Shown in pieces: positions 25,561 through 34,739 of a stretch of 37,561 nt of DNA. The stretch spans positions 1 through 37,561 of IMG/VR virus record IMGVR_UViG_3300043415_000050, one strand, 5' to 3'. Position 1 is the first letter of the stretch, and every line of letters begins with the position of its first letter. Origin of the DNA: a virus (Duplodnaviria > Caudoviricetes). The position numbers and the translations under genes are program-made. The notes beneath the pieces are model-generated. The model saw only the letters and a list, made by a program, of their open reading frames with translations. It did no database searches and was not told the origin of the DNA.

Positions 25561-26517
25561 TTAATAACTCCCGCTGCCAAACTGTGGCATGATGTTTTTA
25601 TAGACGCTTTGGCTTGATGATGGCGTACCGCCCAAAGACTGGAAGTTAGGCGTAATCGCTTTTTCCATCGCTTGATAACTAGTCGTACCCATCGGCATGT
25701 TAGGGGTGCCGCTGAATAATTTATCAAACGCCCCCATACCGGCCAAACCGCTGATACCGCTGCCGATTGCGCCAACTGCATTGCCCATGGCTTGATACGG
25801 CGCTGCTGCACTGACTGCGTTAGCTTGTCCGATCTGGCTTTGCGCGCCAGTCACGGTGTTCATAACGTTGGTTCCCACGCCTGCAAGCGTTCCAGCCGCT
25901 TGACTGCCCAAACCAGTAGCGTTGCCATAGATGCCAGCCGCCTGTTGATTAGCGGCCAGTCGGGTGCGTCCAAGCGCTTGATTTGCTTCAAACGCTGCTT
26001 TGTAAGCGTTCTGAGCGCGATCCCACGCACTATGGAAGCCAGTGGACGCCAAGCCCTGCCCGTACTGCTGGAGCGCTTGCTGCTGTGCGCCAGATAGCAG
26101 GCCGCCGCGAGCTGCCGCGCCCTGCTGCTGTGCCTGCAACCCTTGTTCAAGTTGGAACTGATAGCCAGGCGTGGCCTGCAACTCCGCAAGGTTGCGCACC
26201 ATAGGCGTGTAAAGCGGTGACTCGCGGTATCTGGCTTCGGTGTAAGGAGAATAATATGGCTCGTATTGTTTAACATCAGTCAAACCGGGCAATGCCGTTC
26301 TGTACTGACCGGCAGCGGCTTTGCCAAGATTCACGGCTGGCGCAAGATTCTTCTGTGCAGCGCCGTATGTCAGGCCGCCAAACATAAGCGCCTGCTGTGC
26401 CGCCTCGCGCTGAGCCTTAGCTGCCGCGTCTGCGCCCTGACTACCGAATAAGCCACCTAGCAGGCTGCTGCCCACTGTGGCACCGCCCATAATCGCTGCC
26501 GCGCCTAAGATTGCCAT
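25561..26517 (-). CDS. DNA ejection/pilot protein (P22 gp7-like)
   Basis: Hydrophobic Gly/Ala N-terminus and PGYQFQLEQG..AAARGGLLSGA motif. Confidence 0.78.
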   Translation of the reverse strand: MAILGAAAIMGGATVGSSLLGGLFGSQGADAAAKAQREAAQQALMFGGLTYGAAQKNLAPAVNLGKAAAGQYRTALPGLTDVKQYEPYYSPYTEARYRESPLYTPMVRNLAELQATPGYQFQLEQGLQAQQQGAAARGGLLSGAQQQALQQYGQGLASTGFHSAWDRAQNAYKAAFEANQALGRTRLAANQQAAGIYGNATGLGSQAAGTLAGVGTNVMNTVTGAQSQIGQANAVSAAAPYQAMGNAVGAIGSGISGLAGMGAFDKLFSGTPNMPMGTTSYQAMEKAITPNFQSLGGTPSSSQSVYKNIMPQFGSGSY

Positions 26518-26984
26518 GTTATTTCCCTCACTCTGCTGAGAATCGCAGTGTTCTGCACATTATATGACTTTAACTGGTTGAAATATCGTTCATCCAGCGT
26601 GTTTCCTGTCAAATACTCGTAAACAGTGGACATTACGTCATATTCAAACAACTGGTGAAACGCCACGCGGGGCGCATTGATTTTATCCAGCATCTGCATA
26701 GCTACAGGTGGAATGTCTGGCAGCCCTTGCAGCATCATCGAATGGTTAACTTCCGTCAGATCCCTGATGATGACAACCTTCCGCGCTGGATGCGCATTGA
26801 TCTGGTCGGCAATCAGGATGCCAGCCGTTTCACTGATGCCAGCTACCTCCGGCATGGCGTCCAGTTCGGCCAAATTGTAGTCTGCCAGAGATTCATGCAA
26901 ACAGACAGCGCCATTGCTGCTCAGCAGGTTAGCTATCCATGCTGTTCCTGATCTTGGCAGGCCAAGCACCATATAGCGAATCAT
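26505..26984 (-). CDS. Sulfotransferase-like P-loop protein
   Basis: VLGLPRSGTAW..NLL....CLHE and VVIIRD..EV..S. Confidence 0.7.
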   Translation of the reverse strand: MIRYMVLGLPRSGTAWIANLLSSNGAVCLHESLADYNLAELDAMPEVAGISETAGILIADQINAHPARKVVIIRDLTEVNHSMMLQGLPDIPPVAMQMLDKINAPRVAFHQLFEYDVMSTVYEYLTGNTLDERYFNQLKSYNVQNTAILSRVREITWQS

Positions 26985-27667
26985 GCCGCAGTCACCGTCA
27001 GAATGACCGCCGGCGACGATGGCATGTTATCAATCGTCATTTCTGGCACCGTTTCCAGCGACAGCGTTGTTTCTTGTCCAGACCAGTACAGCTCCACAAA
27101 ATCGCCAGCCGCCACCGTGATAAACAAATTGCACACAAGGCAATTATGCCCGTTTGTGCCGCCGTGCTTGTTTGGCACAGTGACCATCGTGCTGGATGCA
27201 GGGATTGATTCGGCATTCTTTGCAAACCAGACTACAGCGTCATGAAGCTGGCTGTCTGAATTGGCAAGTTGGATTGAATACTGCACGTTAAATGTGCCGG
27301 AATGCTCAAACACCACGCGGCCAGATGATTGCAGAAAGCAACCTTGCTCAATGGCGTTTGAGTTGATCTTAACAAGCTGCGATACATTTTTAAAAGCCAG
27401 CGCCTGGGTAGTATCGTCAAAGAATTGCCCGTAAACCGCAGCATTGCTGGATGCAGATAGCACGCCATCGACAAATGACAACCCAGCGCCCAGCGTAATT
27501 TCACGGAAACCGCCCGTGCCATCGCCCGCAATCGGGTTGGTGGCAGTTCCAGTCAGCTGGTTGACGCGATCAAGTAGCCTGATAATCCACTGTTGCCACT
27601 GCGGAGTAACACGATTAACGCTAACGTCCTGAATGCCGGTCTGAAATGGCGGGTTAGGGAGGGTCAT
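26981..27667 (-). CDS. Virion protein with C1q/BclA-like C-terminal beta domain (possible tail needle/knob)
   Basis: TPQWQQWI N-terminus, ITLGAGLSFVDGVL and YGQF.D...GTFNVQYSIQ...AGDFVELYW. Located near the gp10-like gene. Confidence 0.6.
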   Translation of the reverse strand: MTLPNPPFQTGIQDVSVNRVTPQWQQWIIRLLDRVNQLTGTATNPIAGDGTGGFREITLGAGLSFVDGVLSASSNAAVYGQFFDDTTQALAFKNVSQLVKINSNAIEQGCFLQSSGRVVFEHSGTFNVQYSIQLANSDSQLHDAVVWFAKNAESIPASSTMVTVPNKHGGTNGHNCLVCNLFITVAAGDFVELYWSGQETTLSLETVPEMTIDNMPSSPAVILTVTAA

Positions 27668-28608
27668 TTGCCCACCAGATCAGCCAAAGATCGACCGTTA
27701 CGGTTGACAATGTTGGGGATGCGGTCGTCGAAGATGACGAAGTTGCTGTTATTTCCTTGTGAATAACGGATGCCGGGGATGCCAAGTTCACGGAGTTTGC
27801 GAGAGGCAGCCACCTGTCCAGGTTCTCCGGTATTTTCAGCCAAGTTCATGAATTGATTGTAAATATGGGCTCCGGCAGGATCACCGTCACCAAATGCAGC
27901 AAGCAATCCCCTAATCTTTTCCGGCTGCTGGCTCAATGGCGCATCCCAATCAAGCAAGTGATGCTCCCCTAAAGGATCAGCGGCTTCCCTTGCTGGATCA
28001 AGCCATTTTAAATCTACGTTGTAGAGGTAACCGGGATTTTGGGCTGCTTTATCGCGCTGATCCATTAACAAGTCATATTCTTTTTTTGCATTGCGGCCAA
28101 TGTCAGACCTAAACTTTCCATATTCGCTTGAACTGTCTGAATGCATTATTTTTGCAAGTTCTGCAATTCTGGCATTTATGGAGTCGATAACGCCCCAGTT
28201 TTCTGCATCTTCTTGATACTCTTTAGCAACCGGACTATCAAACCCTTTAGCAAAATACAACCCGTGGCCGTACGACTGCGCTCCTGCGCCTTCTCCGACT
28301 TTGCCCATATCAAACTTCGTAAACGCATGAGGCGTGCCGTGACTGGCTTTGATAGCCGCCAGCGTCCCCGGCATTTGCCTGCCGACAGGGTTAATCATGC
28401 CCGCCAGCGTGCCTGTAGACTTGTAGAGCTGCGTATACGGATCGTCCTGCATGGTTGGCACGCCACCAACAAAAGCGCCCCACAAACGGGACGCTGCGCC
28501 GCTAGGATCACGGATGGCGCTGGCAATCATACTATCATCGGGGCCGAAGTCCTGTTCCGGCCATTTGCGCTTGGCGCGTTCGTACAATTCTGCTATTGAC
28601 GCCATCAT
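27664..28608 (-). CDS. Protein with polyvalent-protein ADP-ribosyltransferase-like domain
   Basis: SHGTPHAFTKFD...GEGAGAQSYGHGLYFA ... GIPGIRY...NFVIFD. Confidence 0.65.
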   Translation of the reverse strand: MMASIAELYERAKRKWPEQDFGPDDSMIASAIRDPSGAASRLWGAFVGGVPTMQDDPYTQLYKSTGTLAGMINPVGRQMPGTLAAIKASHGTPHAFTKFDMGKVGEGAGAQSYGHGLYFAKGFDSPVAKEYQEDAENWGVIDSINARIAELAKIMHSDSSSEYGKFRSDIGRNAKKEYDLLMDQRDKAAQNPGYLYNVDLKWLDPAREAADPLGEHHLLDWDAPLSQQPEKIRGLLAAFGDGDPAGAHIYNQFMNLAENTGEPGQVAASRKLRELGIPGIRYSQGNNSNFVIFDDRIPNIVNRNGRSLADLVGK

Positions 28609-28614
28609 TCCCCC

Positions 28615-30405
28615 TTATTTCGCCGCTTCCGTAGCGTACGCCGCTGCATTTATCAGCACAACCTTGACCGGATCACTGATCCTAAACTTAAACACGAAAC
28701 TCCTGGACACACCCAGCCGCCGCCATTCTGCACGTTTCAGATACTCGCCCATAGCGCCCGGAGATACCCACATTTCGTTGCCAAAAGTGTAACCACCGTC
28801 CCTGCTGACTTGCAGCATCACCTGTGGGTTGCTTCCCTGCCCGTCAACCAGCCCAATTCCCTGTTCCATGTCCAGACGGAGCCTGTAAACGTGAATCAGG
28901 TTAAACGAATTGGATGAAAACGTGTGTGGCGTTATCAGTTCCCTGATAATCGGGTCGCCATTGTCTGTGTAGGTGTCCACGTCCAGCTGGTACAGGTTGC
29001 CGTTGCGGTAATCGCTGGCGACAATCTGCCCGTTATACTGCGTGCCACGCAGTGCATAGTGGCGCGTATCGCTGCCGCTGGTAAGTCTGCTCCATGTTTC
29101 GGACGTGGCATCGTATAACCAGGTGGCGCCCTGTGCGCCGAAGTTCATCTCAAGGAACTCATGGCCGTTGAAGCGATACGCAAACGATATGCAATCGCCA
29201 GGCGACAGATAACCGTCTATGACGTAATCAAGGTCAGGCGGGCTGACCACAATCGGCTGGTAGTTGTACATCTTGACCACAGACACGCCGCCGCGTCGCG
29301 TTCTGGCAAGGAAATACAGGTTGCCATTGCATCGAGCGATTGACCACGGCGCAACGATGCCCACGTCAGTGGGTGATCCGCTAATACGCTGAAACGGGAA
29401 CGGATATGCGCCGGTGTTCTGCCAGTATTCGATGCTGATGTCACCGATCAGCACCAGATTGCCATTGTCCACGGCCAGCGCTTGCAAGTCGTCGGGATAC
29501 GCTTCCTTGCTGGCAAACTGGAGCGCGTTCCACGTCATTCCGTCATAAGGCTGGCTGATCTGGAACTGGCGCGTGTTCGGGATATTGGTAATGAAGTAGC
29601 TATCAAGGAACACAACCATGTCGCCGCCTTGGAAGCCGGCATCAGTGATCTGTCTGAAGCTGTTGAGAATCTTGATCGTGCCAGCGCATGGGACGGTTCC
29701 GGAACCGCCAGTGTTCAGTTCCCAAGTGTCAGCCGATGCGACCGTTCCCGTACCAGTAGCCGCGCCAGTGGCATAGAATGTCGTGCCAACCGTGTTATAC
29801 GGTGCGCCAATGAGCGTGAAGTTAGTATTGCCCAGCGCCGTGATAGTGACGTGCTGGCCTGCCGTGATCGCCGTGGCCGCAATGCTCGGCACATAAACGT
29901 AACCGGCTGCGGGAATGTTCGGGTTATTCGTCTGAATCTCAAGAAACTGCCCCGTCTGGCGCTTGTAGCCGGGTTCAGTAACAGTAAACGTGGAACCAGC
30001 GGTGCCGACCACCTGCAACTCAGGCGACTCAGGTTCAAATATCCAGCCGTTTAGCCCGTCCACAATCATCAACTGCTGACCATTGTCCGACATGCTAACA
30101 GTGCCGCTGGACGTGTTAATGCTGCCGCGATAAGTAGCGATGCCGTTGCCGGTCAGCTCCAGAAGTGCGTATGAATGAACCGAGTACAGTTTACCGGCAG
30201 CCTGAAACCACCACATGCCGCGGCTTGGCTGTTTGCTGGTATCAGTCCAGAACTTCAGGCCGGGCGTGCCGTAAGCCGCCAGTGATGTTTTATCCTTTTC
30301 AGGCTTAACCTCAAGGTACAGGTTCTGCCTTTTCTGGGCAGAAATAGCCTTCGATTTCCCGTCAATGCCGGGGCCAAGCAAAGGGAGCTGGATGGCTTCT
30401 TCCAT
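28615..30405 (-). CDS. Tail hub / packaged DNA stabilisation protein (P22 gp10-like)
   Basis: NLYLE, GTPGL, MSDNG, FASKEAYPD, TWLYDATSETW, SRDGGYTFG and WRRLG motifs. Confidence 0.88.
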   Translation of the reverse strand: MEEAIQLPLLGPGIDGKSKAISAQKRQNLYLEVKPEKDKTSLAAYGTPGLKFWTDTSKQPSRGMWWFQAAGKLYSVHSYALLELTGNGIATYRGSINTSSGTVSMSDNGQQLMIVDGLNGWIFEPESPELQVVGTAGSTFTVTEPGYKRQTGQFLEIQTNNPNIPAAGYVYVPSIAATAITAGQHVTITALGNTNFTLIGAPYNTVGTTFYATGAATGTGTVASADTWELNTGGSGTVPCAGTIKILNSFRQITDAGFQGGDMVVFLDSYFITNIPNTRQFQISQPYDGMTWNALQFASKEAYPDDLQALAVDNGNLVLIGDISIEYWQNTGAYPFPFQRISGSPTDVGIVAPWSIARCNGNLYFLARTRRGGVSVVKMYNYQPIVVSPPDLDYVIDGYLSPGDCISFAYRFNGHEFLEMNFGAQGATWLYDATSETWSRLTSGSDTRHYALRGTQYNGQIVASDYRNGNLYQLDVDTYTDNGDPIIRELITPHTFSSNSFNLIHVYRLRLDMEQGIGLVDGQGSNPQVMLQVSRDGGYTFGNEMWVSPGAMGEYLKRAEWRRLGVSRSFVFKFRISDPVKVVLINAAAYATEAAK

Positions 30406-30406
30406 G

Positions 30407-31678
30407 TTAGTAAAGCCCTGGCCCGAACGAGTTTGAGTAAATATTGTACCGGAGATTTTTATCTCCTCTAAGTGCTATATCCGTTCTAAGGCTGGGTGTT
30501 CTTTGATTCATTCTTTTCAATCGCATCAAGGAACGCTCGGCCATTTGGATGGTGTCCGGTCTAAGTTGAAATTGGTATTCCATTGCTATGCGCACGGCCA
30601 ACCCGAAAACTATAGCCTCCCAGTAACCCGGAGGCAGCTGCACATAAGCCGTCGGGTCTGCAATCATGTCCAGCGGCTTCCAGCTGGTCAGCGTCAAGCC
30701 GATGTTTGACTGCTGCGCCAGTGGGTAAATGTAGACCTTGCCGATGGGAAAACTCGGCTCATAGTACAGGTACTGCGGGAAGTTGGTCGACAGTGTCTTG
30801 AGCGCGATGGCGTTATAGTCGTCATATTGAACAATCGCCATCGGGTAATCAACCGGCAGGCCAGCGTTGTACAGCGTGAAGTAGGCGTCAATGATGCGGG
30901 TAGGCCGTGACGTGTTGAACTCAGCGCCCAGCCCGATCTCGAAAAACGTCTGATTAGGCTGGAGCGTAAACTGTTCGCGCACAACTTTGTATAGCGTCAG
31001 TTCATCAACCGACCAGCTATCGATCATCCGGTTGAGTGCTTCGATGCCATCCTTCAGCTCGGATGCGGTCAGGTCAGTATCCACACTGGCAACCTGTATC
31101 AGCCGCATGGCGGCACGCACCAGATCGTATCCGGTGTACATCTGCCCCACGTTCTGCACGGTTTTGACGCCAATAGCAGCGTATTCAGCGCCGGTGTCCG
31201 TCCATAGCGCCGTGTCCTGGTTCCACAGCGATTGCTCCAGATACCAGATCGGGCTGACAAGGTTCCAGATGTTCTGGATCGTTTGCCCGTTGGCAATGTT
31301 GCCGCCAGCAATCAGCAGATCATACTGAACCACAACCGTGCCGGTTCCCGTGCCTGCGCCGGTACACTGGAAAGTCACGCCGACCGTGTTTGATGGCGCG
31401 CCGATCAGGGTAAAGTTGGTTGAGCCAATAGCCTCAATGGTCACAGTCTGGCCGGCCACCAGTCCCGTCACAGGTTCGCCGCCCCATGGCGCGTAGAACG
31501 TGATTGTGTTGTTGCTGGTGATGCTGATAGGGTTGGTGATCTGAGTCGTTAGCGCCGCATCTGAGTAAATGTAAGCAGGCGTCTGCGTGCCGCCAACAAA
31601 TACCTCACAGGCGGCATCGCCCAGCGTTGCCCCGGCAGGCGGAACAAGGATCAGCGTGAATTGGTTGGCGGTAGGCAT
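30407..31678 (-). CDS. Head-tail adaptor (P22 gp4-like) with long N-terminal extension
   Basis: The C-half has DLVRAAMRLI..ELKDGIEALNRMIDSW and LPPGYWEAIVFGLAVRIAMEY. Confidence 0.8.
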   Translation of the reverse strand: MPTANQFTLILVPPAGATLGDAACEVFVGGTQTPAYIYSDAALTTQITNPISITSNNTITFYAPWGGEPVTGLVAGQTVTIEAIGSTNFTLIGAPSNTVGVTFQCTGAGTGTGTVVVQYDLLIAGGNIANGQTIQNIWNLVSPIWYLEQSLWNQDTALWTDTGAEYAAIGVKTVQNVGQMYTGYDLVRAAMRLIQVASVDTDLTASELKDGIEALNRMIDSWSVDELTLYKVVREQFTLQPNQTFFEIGLGAEFNTSRPTRIIDAYFTLYNAGLPVDYPMAIVQYDDYNAIALKTLSTNFPQYLYYEPSFPIGKVYIYPLAQQSNIGLTLTSWKPLDMIADPTAYVQLPPGYWEAIVFGLAVRIAMEYQFQLRPDTIQMAERSLMRLKRMNQRTPSLRTDIALRGDKNLRYNIYSNSFGPGLY

Positions 31679-31693
31679 GGTTAGCAGTCCTTA

Positions 31694-32233
31694 TTATGTT
31701 GAATAAGTGCAAGATGCAATAATTCTCGCCCCGCTATAAACGCTATTCACTAAAACAGCACCGCCGAGCAAATAACCTCTTAACAAACTTTCTCCAGCTC
31801 CGGCATTGATTGTTATTGCATTAGAGTTTGTTGTATATCCGATATTTGCGCCGCCTGATTTTGAACATTGATATGGAAGCCCAGATATTGCAAATGCACC
31901 AGAATCCGCCGTTGATGGCATTGTTATATCAAAAAACACTGTAACAATGTTTCCTATTTTTGTATAAGTTGCATAAGCAATGCTTAAAGTTACCCCGTTT
32001 CCAGCTGGCGTCCATGTTCCTTCTTCATAATCAGAAAATAATTCAGAAGTTACAATTCCGGCACTATTTGATGTTGCTGAAAAATCTACGCCTTTTCCGC
32101 TTGTTCCAATGATAACATTGTCTGTTGTTGTAAGCGTTGTAAACTTGCCAGTTGAAGGCGTTACATTGCCTATTGGCCCAGGTGATGCAAGATCACCAGC
32201 CCACCCGCCTTGATCCGATAACCATCCGCTCAT
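31694..32233 (-). CDS. Small tail-fibre-type protein
   Basis: TPSTGKFTTL, GVDFSA, DYEEGTWTP, YTKIGNIV and ISGLPY motifs. Confidence 0.72.
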   Translation of the reverse strand: MSGWLSDQGGWAGDLASPGPIGNVTPSTGKFTTLTTTDNVIIGTSGKGVDFSATSNSAGIVTSELFSDYEEGTWTPAGNGVTLSIAYATYTKIGNIVTVFFDITMPSTADSGAFAISGLPYQCSKSGGANIGYTTNSNAITINAGAGESLLRGYLLGGAVLVNSVYSGARIIASCTYST

Positions 32234-32244
32234 TTTTTACCTTT

Positions 32245-33894
32245 TTAATATGATGCAACAGTAGCAGCAGTGTTGGGGTTTGCTTGTGTCACATTGTTTA
32301 ACATTCTTCCCTGCCATCCAGAAGTTCCTCGATGGTACATCGTTCCAGACACTCTGTTGTAAGAACAATCATTTATGCTGTAATTATCGCCCCAGCAATC
32401 ATCTACAATCGGATAAGACCATTCTTGAATTGAGTTGTTAATAACAGTGTTTCCTTGAGCGTTCCATGTCGAGTCAGACCAATAAATGTACAACGGAGAA
32501 TCACTTTGCGATGCTGCATCAGTTGCTGATGATCTGTAAATGCGATTTCCAGAAATTAAGCACTCTATGCTGCCTTCAACCCTAAGCTTAGAATCAATTA
32601 AAGAGTTATTGACAAAAGTCATTTGCTTTTGTCTGAGCAGTCTTACATTGCATGACGCGCTTGAAACGCTCCCAAATCCATTTATAGAATTGTTACCAAC
32701 AACATTAAATTGCCCACCTTCGTCTAAATATATTGGATATCCTGTAGTTGAAACTTTAATTGTGTTATTGCTTACAATGTTGTAATTGTTGGCGTGTGCG
32801 GTATACCAAATGCCGTATCTATTCCCGGTTAAAGCATCAACCAACACCGTATTACCATCGAAAACGCAATAAGTAGACGCATAAAACAAAGACAATCCAC
32901 CGTTGTTGCATTTTGAAACAGTGTTTCCTGATGCCGTGCAATAATTTGAACACTCAAAATCGATGCCAACATCGCTGCAAATTGTTACGGTATTTCCTGT
33001 TACGGCAACCCTTTGTCCGCATGAACCCCATATCCCGCCAGTGGTGTTTTTGACTACGTTTCCTGTAATTGATATGTCATAAGTTCGTGTTCCTGGGTCT
33101 CCGCCAGACCCATCTCCGCCCCAGAATTGAACGCCATGCAGAGCTGTATCAATATAGTTGTTAGCAACAGAACCGCTGTCGGCAAAATCAAGATTAATCG
33201 CCTGACCTGTAATGTTTTCAATTCTGTTGTTTGTAATGCGATATTTTGTTGATGACGCTAGGCTTATGCCTTTGCCACCTACATGATGAATGTAGACGCC
33301 GGCAACAATCAGATCGGATTTTGCACTGGCATAGATTGCGTCAGCGTTTGCAACCGAGTTTCCATCAATTTGACCACAACCTATAATTTTTGATAAGTTG
33401 TTCATTGTTATGGCTGGAGAGCTTCCAGACAACTTTTTTACAATTCCGTTTATTTCAAGCGTTTGGTTTGCCGCAAGCGATACAGATGTAATGCCAACAG
33501 TCACATTTTCTGGCACTTCAACTTTTTTTGCTCCGGTGTCTAATGCTTTTTGAAATGCAACTGTTTCATCAAGACCAGATCCAATAACTCCAAAATCAGT
33601 AACGCTCACCGTCTCCCGCGCCTTATCCTGCACTGATCGCGTCACCGCTCCCGTGCCAGCCTGCTCAAACCCCACAAAGCTGCTGCCTGCATCGGTTGCA
33701 AGGTCGGAGATCATGCCAGACGCGCCGCCAGTAGGGGATTCGATAGGGAAGTCCACGGCTGTGGTGCTGACCTGTAGCGCAGTGGCGTTTCCTGCGCCAT
33801 CCTGAACGGTTGCCAGTGAGCCAGATGCGCCATTGGGTAGTTGAAGCAAACCGCCAAAACTGAGATTGATATGTTGCGGGCCGAGATTCGACAT
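32245..33894 (-). CDS. Tailspike, right-handed beta-helix (pectate-lyase-like depolymerase)
   Basis: QAGTGAVTRSVQDKARETVSVTDFG..DETVAFQKA followed by many I.GN.. beta-helix repeats. Confidence 0.88.
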   Translation of the reverse strand: MSNLGPQHINLSFGGLLQLPNGASGSLATVQDGAGNATALQVSTTAVDFPIESPTGGASGMISDLATDAGSSFVGFEQAGTGAVTRSVQDKARETVSVTDFGVIGSGLDETVAFQKALDTGAKKVEVPENVTVGITSVSLAANQTLEINGIVKKLSGSSPAITMNNLSKIIGCGQIDGNSVANADAIYASAKSDLIVAGVYIHHVGGKGISLASSTKYRITNNRIENITGQAINLDFADSGSVANNYIDTALHGVQFWGGDGSGGDPGTRTYDISITGNVVKNTTGGIWGSCGQRVAVTGNTVTICSDVGIDFECSNYCTASGNTVSKCNNGGLSLFYASTYCVFDGNTVLVDALTGNRYGIWYTAHANNYNIVSNNTIKVSTTGYPIYLDEGGQFNVVGNNSINGFGSVSSASCNVRLLRQKQMTFVNNSLIDSKLRVEGSIECLISGNRIYRSSATDAASQSDSPLYIYWSDSTWNAQGNTVINNSIQEWSYPIVDDCWGDNYSINDCSYNRVSGTMYHRGTSGWQGRMLNNVTQANPNTAATVASY

Positions 33895-33896
33895 TG

Positions 33897-34115
33897 TTAC
33901 CCCTTTGTTGTGTTCTGGCCTGCCAAATATGCGAGCAGGAAGCCTAAAATTATCTCAAGCGCGTGAGTCAAATCCGACCGCATGACAGCGCCACATTCCG
34001 CATTGACTTTGCCATCTGGCTGCCACCAGTACCAGGCGGCGCAATTCAGCGTCATCACGATTACGACAGCGCAAAACGTGCCAATAACCCATGAAATCAG
34101 GTTAACCGGCTGCAA
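33897..34115 (-). CDS. Small two-TM membrane protein
   Basis: Two hydrophobic segments. Fills the gap in the operon. Confidence 0.6.
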   Translation of the reverse strand: MQPVNLISWVIGTFCAVVIVMTLNCAAWYWWQPDGKVNAECGAVMRSDLTHALEIILGFLLAYLAGQNTTKG

Positions 34116-34446
34116 CAGTAGCCCAGCCCACGCCAGTGGATTGCAGTGTCACCCATTTGCCTTGATTGCCCGACATGATAATGCCGCTGTTCATCATGAC
34201 AATGACGCCAAGCGGGTACACGTTCGCGTCATGGCTTGATATGCCAGCCAGCGTGCAGGCGACAATGTGAATGATGCGTCCAGCGCAAGTAGTGGCGTCC
34301 GGCAGAAGCAGCGTCAGGTCTGATGATGCGTTGCTAATGATAGTCTCATCAGTTGCGCCAACTGTGTAGCGTGTAATGTCGGTCAGGATGACGGGCGGCA
34401 CAGGTGCCGAATTGCCGCCGCCGCCGCCGATCCAGCCGCCGGTCAT
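34102..34446 (-). CDS. Small fibre-associated beta-domain protein
   Basis: YTV...D....N...TLLLPDA....GRII.I motif typical of fibre knob domains. ATGA-coupled start. Confidence 0.62.
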   Translation of the reverse strand: MTGGWIGGGGGNSAPVPPVILTDITRYTVGATDETIISNASSDLTLLLPDATTCAGRIIHIVACTLAGISSHDANVYPLGVIVMMNSGIIMSGNQGKWVTLQSTGVGWATVAAG

Positions 34447-34730
34447 ACTGCGACAGACCCGGCAAGCTGTTGCATGGCCCAGTCGTAACACTTAGACAGA
34501 AAATCATCGCCGGCTGCTGCGTCAATGTCGGCCAGCGGAACATGAAACCGCTTAAAGTCCACTGGCTGAATGTTGTCGTGCGCTGGTTTTTCTGCGTAAC
34601 CAGCAAGGTCGATCATGACAGAAAACTGATTATCTCGGATGCGAGACAGAGACGCAGTTACAACCCGATAATACGCGCCGTTGAACCCAATGCCGAAATT
34701 AGATTCTTGAAGATCATATTGTATTGCCAT
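34443..34730 (-). CDS. Probable fibre assembly/chaperone protein
   Basis: Small ORF directly after the fibre gene, with FGI....AYYRV and CYDW motifs. Confidence 0.55.
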   Translation of the reverse strand: MAIQYDLQESNFGIGFNGAYYRVVTASLSRIRDNQFSVMIDLAGYAEKPAHDNIQPVDFKRFHVPLADIDAAAGDDFLSKCYDWAMQQLAGSVAV

Positions 34731-34739
34731 TGTGGTTCC

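Noticed and set aside
22535-30054. Long plus-strand ORFs (e.g. 22535..23101, 28141..28599, 29482..30054)
   Set aside because: They are antisense shadows of well-supported minus-strand genes, with no motifs of their own.
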